A DNA stretch of 63,229 nucleotides, filler included, from Octopus bimaculoides (Eukaryota), in the NCBI RefSeq assembly GCF_001194135.2. It is 6 parts of 5 records of this genome, joined end to end, with 100 filler letters (N's around TTAATTAATTAA, not from the genome) between each part and the next. Parts side by side here need not be neighbours in the genome. Positions count along the whole stretch, not along the records: positions 24,525 to 51,344 come from NC_068981.1; 5 more parts are not named here. One strand, written 5' to 3'. The translations under genes were made by a program, and so were the position numbers. Each line of letters begins with the position of its first letter. Within the stretch, counting starts at the first letter, position 1. Shown one piece after another: positions 26,984 through 38,518 of this stretch. The notes beneath the pieces are model-generated. The model had not been told where the DNA came from and searched no databases. It saw only the letters and a list, made by a program, of their open reading frames with translations.

Positions 26984-27797
26984 CAGTGGTTCTCAAACTG
27001 GGGTCCATGGTCCCTTAGGGCAGGGGTTTTCAAACTTTTTGACTTGCGGACCCCTTTATATTTCAGGCTTTACCTTAGGGACCCCCCTATAAACGCTTAT
27101 GAAATTTATACATAAATATTTGCTTAAAATAACATATATTTTTACATTTATTTATTTAACAATATTTAACAAATAGGTTTATTGTCAATTAAAGGATTTC
27201 GATTAAAAAACATATATAAAATCAAATTGCCCATAAAAAGTATTTGCTGTCCACGGACCACAGTTTGAAAACCCCTGCCTTAGGGGACCACAAAGGGACA
27301 CTGAAGTATCGTGACAACAGGATGGCTTGGAGACAGTTAAGTTTTAAAATTTCAAGACTTTCAATTTTTAGCATGCTATCATCCTTTTTTGTCGTTGGCC
27401 TCAAAAACCCTCACCACTCTTACACACTCATTTGCAAATCACACTTGTACAAGTGTGATTGGCCAATATAATGGGTATAATGTTTGATCATGCATGTTCT
27501 ATCAGTATTTTTTATTTCTCTTTTGTTTTGTAACCAATTGGTCAACGGATTCCCCATATTTTCATGTGCATTTATTGTATCCTAGTGGGGCATTGCCTGG
27601 ATTAAGTTGTGGTTTCTGGGATTGTGACTCTATGGGCAGTGCTGTTCATAGTCCAGAAATTACAGTACATGAATGTAAGTCATTTTTCCCATGTTGATTA
27701 TCCTGCATTTTATAGGGGACCATGAATCATCAAAATAAAAAAAAAAACTGTAAGGGGACTAGCATGTAAAATTTTTTGATAAGTTTGAGAACCAGTG
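26984..27797. mobile_element. hAT-type non-autonomous element with 8-bp TSD
   Basis: TIR CAGTGGTTCTCAAACT / AGTTTGAGAACCAGTG. TSD CTCTATGT at 26976-26983 and 27798-27805. Confidence 0.88.
27021..27277. mobile_element. Nested hAT-type MITE with 8-bp TSD
   Basis: Perfect 16-bp TIR CAGGGGTTTTCAAACT. TSD CCTTAGGG at 27013-27020 and 27278-27285. Confidence 0.93.
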
Positions 27798-28080
27798 CTC
27801 TATGTAGTTGACCTGCTAGAAATAGCAACCAAATCTTCCACTTGTTACACCTTACACTTATCAAAACAGAGAACTTATAGGATAATGTTATCCTTGATAC
27901 ACCGAATAACAAAAAAGAACTTAGTGGACATAGATGGAACACCTTTGATTATAGTAAGTCTTCTTCACTAGGCTTGACCTTATGCTAAACCACAACTATT
28001 GTTCTTTTATACAAATTGAACTATCCTTTTTTGTTGTATTTCTAAGCATAGTAATATTTTAATATCTATAGGTACTATAA

Positions 28081-28290
28081 GGTAGTGAGCTGGCAGAATC
28101 ATTAGCATACCAGTTAAAATACTTAGCAGCATTTTGTCTGTCTTTATGCTTTGAGTTCAAATTCCGCTGAGGCTGATGTTGCCATTCATCCTTTCGGGGT
28201 CAATAAAATAAGAACCAGTTGAGCACTGGGGCTGATGTAGTCAATTTATCCCCTCCACCGAAATTGCTGGCCTTATGCCAAAATTTGAAA
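28081..28290 (+). mobile_element. tRNA-derived SINE family C
   Basis: GAGCTGGCAGAATC...GAGTTCAAATTCCGC...CATCCTTTCGGGGTC. Related copies at 26515-26732(-), 35340-35480(-), 52949-53166(-), 58216-58432(-). Confidence 0.8.
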
Positions 28291-29239
28291 GTAATGTCTG
28301 TAGGTATTATGACAGGTTGACAGAATTTAGTGTTGAACAAGATGCCTCACAAATTTTGCTCTATCTCCTTTCATTCTGAGTTAAAATCCTGCTGAGCCAA
28401 ATTTGCCTCTTCATTGATTCAAGTTTGAAAAAATCAAAGTACCAGTCAAGTACAGGGGTTGAGTTAATTGAGAGTCCTCTCTCTGCAAAATTTTCAACCT
28501 TGTTGTACTACTACTACTACTACTTCTTCTTCTTCATCATTTAGCATACATTCTCCTATTCTTGCATGGGTCTAATGGAATTTCTTGAGGCAGAGTTCTC
28601 TATGGTTAGATACTCATCCTGTCACCAACCCTCACCTGTTTACAAGCAAGGTGATATTTTCTGACAGGACAGGTTATTTTGTGGAAGATAGGAAATAAAC
28701 AACATCACTTGCATGATGGAGATTCTCATTTACAACCATCACATGATGTACACGCACACACACACACACACACACAATACAGGCTTCTTCCAGCTTCATT
28801 CTACAAAATCCATTCATAAGGCTTTGGTTGGCCTAAGGCTGTTGTAGAAGGCATTTGTCCAAGAAACAATGCAGTGAGATTGAACCTGGAACCATGTGGT
28901 TGGGAAACAAACTTCTTACCACAAATATGTATGTGTGCATCATCTGTATCTTTGTGTTTATGTCCCTTCTTTCACTATACCACCTGACAACTGGTGTTAG
29001 TTTGTTTATGTTTCTGTAACTTAAAGGCTTGCCAAAAGAGACTGACAATAATTAACAGACTTCCAAAAAACAAGTACTGGGGTCAATTTGTTTGGCTAAA
29101 CCCTTGATTGCAGTGCTCTAGCATGACCATGGTCACAATTTAATGACTGAAATGAATAAAATAAATATTAAGATGTCATCAATAGTAATAGTTATTATCA
29201 GAACATAATTTGACTATATCTTATTTTATCTCAAGAAAG

Positions 29240-29740
29240 TTAACCCTTTAGTATTCAAATTACTCTGCCAATGTAAAGCTTAGTGGAAATGCGTGGCTTA
29301 GTGGTTAGGGTGTCAGCATTATGATCGTAAGATTGCGGTTTTGATTCCTGGACCAGGCGACGCGTTGTGTTCTTGGGCAAAACACTTCATTTCACGTTGC
29401 TCCAGTCCACTCAGTTGGCAAAAATGAGTAACGCTGCGATGGACTGGTGTCCCGTCCAGCTGGGGAACACACTCGCCACAGAAACTGGGAAACCGGGCCC
29501 ATGAGCCTGGCTAGGCTTTAAAAGGGCACATTTATTTTATTTTAATGTAAAGCTTATTTATTCACATTGTTTTGAATTAATCATGTATTGTCTCATAGCT
29601 GTGAGATTTCAGTGATGTTATTGTCTAATTTTTGGATGACATTGTAGAGTATGTGTGAAAGGCTAGACCCAGCCAGTTTGAACTTAAAACAGGAGGCATA
29701 TTTGAGCCAGATATGGCCAGTTTAAATGCTAAATGGTTAA
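29240..29740. mobile_element. piggyBac-type TTAA MITE carrying a nested SINE
   Basis: TTAA-CCCTTTAG...CTAAATGG-TTAA ends. Body matches 35604-35832 in reverse. Confidence 0.85.
29283..29543 (+). mobile_element. tRNA-derived SINE (family D) with 13-bp TSD
   Basis: Head GCGTGGCTTAGTGGTTAGGG...GGTTTTGATTCC, (TTTTA)n-like tail. TSD AATGTAAAGCTTA at 29270-29282 and 29544-29556. Confidence 0.88.
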
Positions 29741-31019
29741 AACATTTTTGATGATAAACAAATATGCACACTGAGATAGATTAGCAATCTAATCCCGTAA
29801 TCTCATTACTGATTACTAACACTTAGAATATGGCCTCTATATATTTTATTGTTATTTATCAGTACAGGCAGACTATAAGTTAGATTTCTTGTTTATTTGG
29901 CTGTGTAGACATAGATTTTTATTATCTCACTTAATTCAATTATGTTCTCCTCTACAATACTCCAGAAGTATTTCTAATTAGATTTTTGATTCTCTACATA
30001 AATATGTTCACTCCTCTTAACTGCTGATTTTATTGCAGATGGTGTCTCTGAATAACGTTTTAGGGCCCCCATTGATCAGTGCTGGTCATGTGTCTGTACA
30101 TGTATGTGCAAGATTTTTGGAGGAAGACTGATGTGGCTGTGTAATAAGAAGTTTGTTTCACAATCATGTGGTTTCAGGTTCAGTCCCACTGTGTGGTACT
30201 TTGGACAGTGGCGACTCGTAAAATTAGTGGAGGGTGCTGCTTCAGATAATTTTTAGCCATTGTTTTAGTATTGTGTAAAAGGGAACAAACACATAAAAAG
30301 AAAATTTATGCATAAACTTGATTGGTTTGTGTTTTAACCACTGCCGGGTAGTGTATTTAATTTGTTTACTGAACACTACCGTGAATTACCCCTTGTTTTT
30401 CAAAAACCCCACCTAAATCACAAAATAAGGGGGGAAAATCTGCCCTATTTTTCAAATCCTGGCAGCAACACTGTAGCTGGAAGCAGGATAATAATCTAAT
30501 TCTACACTTTATCACATTCAAGAATATAAACACGTTTTTAAGCACAACACATGCAGAGTCAAAAAGAAACACTACCCTTCACCAGCACATCAGGATCAGC
30601 ACTGTGTGAACCACAGTGCTCTCTCTCCCTAGCGTGCAGCTTCCTATCTCGGACATGTGAGCATGCACACAACAGCCAAATACCTCGTCACTAAAACTGT
30701 GAAGCGAACATTTCTATACAAGGACTTTTATATTTTTTCATAAACTAGGGGATGACTACTGACATTAAGCTTAAGGATTATATAATGTACAAGTATAAAA
30801 AAAACGATTAAAGAAAAAAGGACTCATTATATTGAATGTTACCGATAATATCGAGTGGAAATAGGGGTGCTGCAGTTCCACAGTGCCTATACATGAGCCG
30901 TCACTGACCTTGGGTAAGTGTCTTCTACTATAGCCCAGGGCTTTTCTCTTATCTGAGCTTCATTGAAGAAGTCTGAGAAGATATAAACATGTCCAGTGTT
31001 GTTCTCTATACTTTTTTTT

Positions 31020-31430
31020 TAATCTTTTACTTGTTTCAGTCATTGGACTGGCCATGCAGGGCCACTTCCTTGAAGGGTTTTAGTCAGAACAAATCATTCC
31101 CAGTATTTTTTTTTTTAGTCAGGTACTTATTCTATCAGTGTCTTTTGCCAAACTGCTAAGTTACATGGATGTAAACAAACCAATATTGGTTGTCAAGTGG
31201 GGGTGCATGACAAACACAGACGCAAAGATACACACTCATAGGTCCATATATATATAAATATATATATATATATATGACTGGCCTCCATACAGTTTCCATG
31301 AACCAAATTTGCTCACAAGCCCTGGTGAGCCCAGGGTTATATTAAATAACACTTGCCCAAGGTACCACACAGTGGGACTGAACCCAAAACCACATAGTTG
31401 CAAAGTAAGCTTCTTAACCACACAGCCATT
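31020..31430 (-). mobile_element. SINE family A
   Basis: Reverse complement of the family A head, body and internal (TA)n. Confidence 0.8.
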
Positions 31431-31780
31431 CCTCCTGCTCCTATCAATAGATTAAAATAATGTTCATCATTAAGCTAATGTTTTCGTCTTTTCACTGCAT
31501 TTGGCTGTGACTTGGCATTCTTTAGGGTGTCTGGATAGAATGCTTTGTGGAATTTGTTATGATGCTATTCATTCTAAGTTCAAATGCTAACTAGGTCAGT
31601 TTTACCTGTCAGCCATTCAAGGTCAATAAAAAGGTACCAGCCTAGGATGTTGGATTGACAAAAATATGAAAAGTGTTTCTAGATGCCTTGTGGTAGTTGC
31701 TCTGGTTACTTGCCTTCTGAGTTCAAATCCTGAAAAGAACAATTAGTGTGATACACTTAATCCTTCAACCAGTTTCATAC

Positions 31781-31910
31781 CATCATCTGGCACTTTGGAT
31801 ATCTTTAGTGGGCCCTCACTCTGGCAAGTATTCAAGCTAGGGTCTTTTGCTTTGAGGATAACTTCCTCCACCTTGCCAAACTAGGTTTGGAGGTCACTGA
31901 CATGACCTGA
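31781..31910 (-). other. Candidate internal exon (130 nt) of an unidentified minus-strand transcript
   Basis: Acceptor TTTTTTCATCTTTCAG| and donor |GTATGA. No recognisable protein. Confidence 0.3.
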
Positions 31911-32139
31911 CTGAAAGATGAAAAAATTTGTTTTTCGCTAGTAGGAATAAAGTTACTTAAAGGGATGGAGGATTTCGAAGGATTGTTTTGGTCCAATGAT
32001 AGAACATGTCATATCTACCTACAGGAGGTGTAGGTTCAATTCCCAAGGGCACCTTTCGATTTTTTCTATCCAATATTTGCACACTATTATTTAGACTTTA
32101 TTTGCTCCGAGATTCAAAGTTGCTAAAAAAGAATGATTT

Positions 32140-34510
32140 CTAACAAGATTTTAGGACAGTTTGTTTACAAGAAAGAAAAAAATAAAAGTTTTATATCAAG
32201 CTCGTTCGTTTCGTCAAATCCAGTTGTTGTTTTGACGTGTCTAATAAGTTTTTTGGTTTATGTATTCTTTTTGTATTCTTCAAGAGAATAAAAATTGGAA
32301 TAATAAAAACTTAACTATGAATGAAATTTGTCACATAATGGTAGTGTCTGAGATACTATTGCGAAATGAATTTTTCAGTTGCTTTTTCAGAAGTATTTCT
32401 GCGTGCTCGGTATATTTTTATACTCTAGAAATTCTGTTTTAATCACTTAAATATTCCCCTCCTTTCTTCTTTACTTTAGCTGCTGAACAATAACGTAATT
32501 TGTTCTCCGATTGTCGTCAGCTCTTACGAGCAGAACAATGTCCATTCACTTGGAATATTTTATACAGATAGTAGAGTTTGAGTTAAGTAACATTTAGCTG
32601 CTATTTCTAATTGGTCGAACGACAACGTAGGGTGTCCCTTCACCTCCTTATTTCGTCGTGGTCTACGTTGTTTCAGTAAGATTTTATTTTTTACTTGCTG
32701 TATTGTCCTACATTAATCTTTTTTTTTTTAGCCACATATGGAATATAATCATCTAGTACTTTTAATCCAACCTAAAGATTTCAATGGTTCATAGTTGGAT
32801 TAAATAAATAAATGTATATTTAAGGCGAATCCAAAATTCATTTCGAGTTTTACATCTAAATAAGTATTATTTAGATGAAGAGTTGATTGCAAGTGGAAAA
32901 CTCGAAAACATTTAAGTGAATTTAAGACCAGTCAGGCTTCCGACTAGCACCAAGCAATACACTTACAAAAAATCACTTTTTAATTATTTTGAAGTTTTTT
33001 TTACCAAACGTAACTTTTTGTTTTTCTACGAGTAAATTTGGAAACAAACAAATATAGGAATACTATTCTTTTCGTGTAGTTTCTTCCCAAAGTTCGGTAT
33101 TATTTACTTAAGTTTCACCTTTTGGAAAGTTTCACATCTACATTAACAGCTGTGGGGTGAAAAAATGTTCACAGCTGGTGTAAAACAGCGAATTCAGATC
33201 AATACACCTGTTAATAAATTGTATCTCTATCACAGTTATTTCGAAAGTTTGGTTTGTTGTAAAATAATAACAATAACCAAACTTTGAGTACAAAATAAAC
33301 TTATAAGTTGGTTGTCGGAAAGAGAGATAACGTTGTGGGTCCAGTCCTGCAAACGCGTGAACAAGGATTTTCAAATGAAAGTATATCGACAAAAAATAAT
33401 ATAGAGGATAACTGTTACATTTTATTCCTTTCGGCGTTTATATGGTCTTATCATGAGTTACATGAGCTTAAAAGCTTTAAACAACGAAGAAGGTTAGTCT
33501 TTCATCTCGCTGCTTCTGCCCTATCAAAATATTTTTTTTGTACCTTAATTTTCATTCCTTCTGGTATTTTATACACTTTCTGTTTCAATAATTACACAAG
33601 AATTAAGCGTGTTTTTGTTTAGTATATTTTTTTTACATAGGCGTGTGAAAATTAAATTTCATCTTCCAATTATGTGTGTTTACAACCCACGTTTTAATTT
33701 CTAGTCAAGATCATTTCATTAATGTCACTGATGTGCTTGGACTTAGGTGTTAACATCACATCGTTTTGACTAAATCGCAAATGAAATGAAACTGTGTGTG
33801 TGGTAAACTGGCAACTCGCGTTTAACTCTCCAAAAAAACACTCCCTGCAAAATTGAGTCTTCATTGATTCAGTTTTTATCTCACGCTCGTGAGAAGATCG
33901 TGAATATCACATTCTCAGTTCCTCTATATTGTGCGTATGTAAGTGAATATTTTGTGTTCATGTGTGTTTTCATGCTTCACTATGATTTGGTGTCTAACCT
34001 TGCGTCCAAACTCCAAAAAATTCTTTACATATTGGTAATACTGTCTTAAACCTTGAGCACACTAGACAGTTGTCTAGGGGCCCACTTCTCACCTGTGTGC
34101 TGCGGCTCGCTATCAGTAAATAAATCCTATAGGGCCCGGTGTAGTGATTTACTCGGGTGCCTGTAAGGCTAATGAGACGGTCTTGCATATTGGGTCTAAA
34201 ACTTGTTTGAAGAAATTATGCTTGGAGCGGCGGAAAGAGAGCGTTAGACTAATATACTTTACATCGTTTATCTATGTTCATCTATGTTCTGAACTCAAAT
34301 GTCACTGTAGCGACGACAAAACCAGAAACAAGTGCTTTACAAACAAAATCCCTTGAGATATTTCCTCGATCGGATTTACAGACACTCCCTTGTTCACTTT
34401 TGCCACCAGAAATGCATCTGAGTTTCTGAAAACCTGTAACTATGTTATTGTATACTAATTGTGATATATAATAATAATTAAAAAAAGTGTACACAGCTTT
34501 TTCGCCTTAC
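32140..34510. promoter_or_regulatory. CpG-retaining region, putative (bidirectional) promoter
   Basis: Dozens of CpGs here versus near absence in the flanks (for example 37300-38080). Minus-strand GTAAGT donor at 32966-32961 and plus-strand GTAAGT donor near 33938. Confidence 0.5.
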
Positions 34511-35603
34511 TTGGAGTCTCTTACAGTTGAAGTAGCCAGATACCTGACGAGGGGGAGTGGTAGGGAATGATACAATAGATGGCTCAGTCTTTACCTGGAG
34601 CAAGAAAATGCTGATAATGAGGCCCTCATGTGATTGCGTGATTTGCTAGAGATAGCAGCCGTATCTCTCAATTGGGTGGAGATGTGGTAAAGAGGGAGGT
34701 GGCTTTATACCAGGTGTTGAGAAATTAGAGTATGATAGAGGGACAGGAACTGGTGTCTTGCTGTAGGGAAGCAACACATTGTTTTCTCTACTGAGTCATT
34801 ACTCACCTACACACTCTAACCTCTGGCTTACATAAGTGAAATCTCTTCAGACTGCTTTTTCTATGGCTCTTCAGAGCTAATTAGTCTCATATGATCTCCA
34901 CTCAGGCCCATTCACGTCACTCATCTGTATTCTCATTATACATATTTTGTCAACATTCTAATGCCCTGCACTAACCACTATACCTAACCTTCCTCTTCAG
35001 AATGTTGTTTTCCTTGCCTCTGTTTTGTCCTTGGACATTGACTTGCAGTTGTTCAAAAACAATGTCACCCACATTGCTCACTGGTCTCAGGGACCCTTTG
35101 AAGTTCATGGGCTCATCTCCTTCTGCTAGGTATTGAGTGGTAATAGAAGACTGAGAGAGAGACTGGTTGTTACCCATGCATATAAGTCTTCTCTCCACAA
35201 CACTGATGTTTATCCAATGGGAAGACTGCCAACTTGGATTGATACAGTTGGGCACCAGAGTCATTGTAGGAGCTGCTGTCAGAACATAGAACTAGAACAA
35301 ACATTGCAAGGCATCTTAGCTAACCCTCTAATAGTTCTATCAATCCACTGACCTAGATTGGTACATTTTTATTGACCCTGAAAGGACGAAAGGCAAAGCT
35401 ACCTTAGTGGGATTTGAACTCCGTGTATACTGTGAGGCATTCTGTCCAATTCTCTAACAACTCTACCAGTTCACTATCCCCAGTAAAATAAAGATGTAAA
35501 AAAAATAGAAACAAAGAAAATCTCTATCCATAGGTAATATGAGAAAGCACTGAGAAGTGGCAAAGAATATGAACAAATTATGAATGTTTGAGACAAGTCT
35601 GCT

Positions 35604-35832
35604 TTAACCCTTTAGCATTTAAACTAGCCATATCCAGCCCAAATATTACACCTTGTTTTATGTTCAAACCATCCACATTTAACTTATCACACCTACCCTT
35701 CAATGTCACTCTAAAAATAAACAATCCTATCATTGAAATCTCAAAACTATGAGATAATTCATAATTAATTAAAAGCAATATGAATGAATAAGCATTACAT
35801 ATGAGAAAGTATTCTGAATGCTAAAGGGTTAA
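35604..35832. mobile_element. Intact piggyBac-type MITE
   Basis: Perfect TIR CCCTTTAGCATT flanked by TTAA at both ends. Confidence 0.92.
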
Positions 35833-35839
35833 TGTAAAA

Positions 35840-36108
35840 CAGTGGTTCTGAATAGGGGTCCATGTGCCCCTGAAGGTCCATATGCCTCTGGGGGTTCATA
35901 ATAAGATTTTGTTGTCAAAATTTATGTGCTATAATTGGTTAGGCTTCTAAAAATACACAAAATATTTTCAGTTTTTTTTGTACACTTCGTAATAATATTC
36001 ATTCATAAAAATAGAAGATTTTTGTAAGCATCAAATGGTTATAAGGGTTCAGCCAAGTAAAATAGGAATCAAAGGGCTCCATAGGCAAAAGATGATTGAG
36101 AACCAGTG
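35840..36108. mobile_element. hAT-type MITE (diverged)
   Basis: Ends CAGTGGTTCT / GAGAACCAGTG related to 26984-27797. TSD not preserved. Confidence 0.65.
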
Positions 36109-36130
36109 ACATGGTTTTAAATATTTTCTT

Positions 36131-36733
36131 GACAACTTTTTTAGCATTCAGATTACTCTGTCAAATGAAGGCGCAATGGCCCAGTGGTTAGGGCAGCGGA
36201 CTTGCGGTCATAGGATCGCGGTTTCAATTCCCAGATCGGGCGTTGTGAGTGTTTATTGAGCGAAAACACCTAAAGCTCCTGAGGCTCCGGCAGGGGATGG
36301 TGACGAACCCTGCTGTACTCTTCCACCACAACTTTCTCTCACTCTTACTTCCTGTTTCTGTTACGCCTGTAATTCAAAGGGTCAGCCTTGTCACACTGTG
36401 TCATGCTGAATATCCCCAAGAACTACGTTAAGGGTACACGTGTCTGTGAAGTGCTCAGCCACTTGCACGTTAATTTGACGAGCAGGCTGTTCCGTTGATC
36501 GGATCAACTGGAACCCTCGACGTCGTAAGCGACGGAGTGCCAACTCTGTCAAATGTAATGCTTTTCTATTCACATTGTTTTGAATTAATCATACATTATC
36601 TTGTAGCTTTGCGACTTCAGTGGTGTATTTGTTTAGTTTTAGAATGACATTGTTGGGTAGGTGTAAGAGGTTGAAAATAAAGTAACTGGAATATTTGAGC
36701 CAGATATGGCCAGTTTAAACACTAAACGGTTAA
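36131..36733. mobile_element. piggyBac-type MITE carrying a nested family B SINE
   Basis: Body matches 29240-29740. Ends ...CTAAACGG-TTAA. Confidence 0.75.
36168..36542 (+). mobile_element. tRNA-derived SINE family B with 13-bp TSD
   Basis: Aligns to 3762-4152. TSD ACTCTGTCAAATG at 36155-36167 and 36543-36555. Confidence 0.92.
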
Positions 36734-36868
36734 GGAAATGAAGGCAGTGTTAGCTCTAACTCTTACATCCTGCTAACATTCAGTTTTTGTTTGACCAAAG
36801 ACAGAGTGTTAAGCCTAAAATATGATATAAACTTGTGATTCTGAAGCTGTAAACATGATACCTGCTTT

Positions 36869-36957
36869 CACCTTGGGCAAGTGTCTTCTACTATAGCCTC
36901 GGGCCGACCAAAGCCTTGTGAGTGGATTTGGTAGACGGAAACTGAAAGAAGCCCGTC

Positions 36958-37041
<84 letters not shown>

Positions 37042-37245
37042 TTGTGTGTCTGTGTTTGTCCCCCCACCATCGCTTGACAACTGATGCTGGTGTGTTTACG
37101 TCCCCGTAACTTAGCGGTTTGGCAAAAGAGACTGATAGAATAAGTACTGGGCTTACAAAGAATAAGTCCTGGGGTCGATTTGTTCGACTAAAGGTGGTGC
37201 CCCAGAATGGCCACAGTCAAATGACTGAAACAAGTAAAAGAGTAA
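36869..37245 (+). mobile_element. SINE family A, 5'-truncated, internal (TA)n expansion
   Basis: Begins at CACCTTGGGCAAGT, with canonical body and 3' end. Confidence 0.9.
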
Positions 37246-38020
37246 AACCAATAGACTGATTGCATATCTACATGTGATCCTTGAAATGAACTGTACATGT
37301 GATTATCATATCTCAGATAGTTTTTGTCCTTTCTAAATTCTTCAAAGATATAGTTAAGAGTTGCTTGATATGATATCCATATCTTTTCCTGTTTATTAAC
37401 TGTATCCCAGTTTTCATTACATATATTCTGGTCTTCAGTGAATAGTCTATATTCTGTTTTTTAGGATAATTACATTTTGTCTATGTTTGTCATAAGAGGC
37501 AGCTAAAGGTGGGTGTATCAGGAACATCATCCTGCTATTAATCACTGCATCAAAATATTCCATCTGACTCAACCCAATATAAAAGGCTGGGTGTAAAAAC
37601 AATGGTGTAAAAGTGATGATTAAAAGATATTATTCAGTTATTTCACTTTTGTTTTCTTTCCATTATAAAATGGTTTGGGAGATATTATAAAGCTTATTTC
37701 TCTTTATAGTTTATTCTGCATGTGGTAATTTCTTTAGAATCAGCTGTCATTTGTTAACTCTGAACTTTCACATCAAATTCTCTTTAGCCTATTTATATTT
37801 AAGGTTACCACCCCCGTAGTAGTGGAATTAATCTAGTTATCTTTCATGTGTTTTCAATATATAACCATACCATCTAAATCTTACCCCAGGGATGCTAACT
37901 TAATATCTTTTAATTTACACTTACTTTGTGAAATTATTATGGCCATTGTTAAACTCAAAACTTTGTTTTTTGAAGACAAGAACAAAAAGGATTATGAGAT
38001 AATGGTTATCACTAAAGGCA

Positions 38021-38450
38021 TTAACCCTTTTGGTATCATCTCCCCTTTGACTGCTCCTTCATTTGAAATTTCCCATCAAAATATCATCATCATCATCGTT
38101 TAACGTCCACTTTCCATGCTAGCATGGGTTGGACGATTTGACTGAGGACTGGTGAAACCGGATGGCAACACCAGGCTCCAATCTGATTTGGCAGAGTTTC
38201 TACAGCTGTATACCCTTCCTAACGCCAACCACTCCGAGAGTGTAGTGGGTGCTTTTACGTGTCACCCGCATGAAGGCCAGTCAGGCGGTACTGGCAATGG
38301 CCATGCTCAAAATGGTGTATTTTATGTGCCACCCGCACAAGAGCCAGTCCAGGGGCACTATCTTATTTTACTAAATTCTTCATTAATTTCTAAATTAATT
38401 GAAACAAAATCAGTGTATTTCATCAGAAATATGGTAACAAAAAGGGTTAA
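38021..38450. mobile_element. TTAA MITE (second family) with an inserted RTE 3' fragment (about 38085-38358, -)
   Basis: TTAA-CCCTTTT...AAAAGGG-TTAA ends. The insert matches 47610-47840 and 48850-49143. Confidence 0.75.
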
Positions 38451-38518
38451 TATGTATGTGGGAGAATTATAATCAAGAGGGATATGAAGTTTTGTTTTTT
38501 TTACAACTTTCTGGCACA

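Noticed and set aside
30039-30074. ATG directly after a strong acceptor (MVSLNNVLGPH*) as the NRAMP start
   Set aside because: Stops after 11 codons and has no phase-1 donor. The resemblance to human MVLGP is probably chance.
30598-30632. 9-bp hairpin (AGCACTGTG-TGAAC-CACAGTGCT) followed by CTAG, as an IRE or Helitron end
   Set aside because: CAGTG is in the stem rather than the loop, so it is not an IRE. CTAG is followed by C rather than T, and I found no matching Helitron 5' end.
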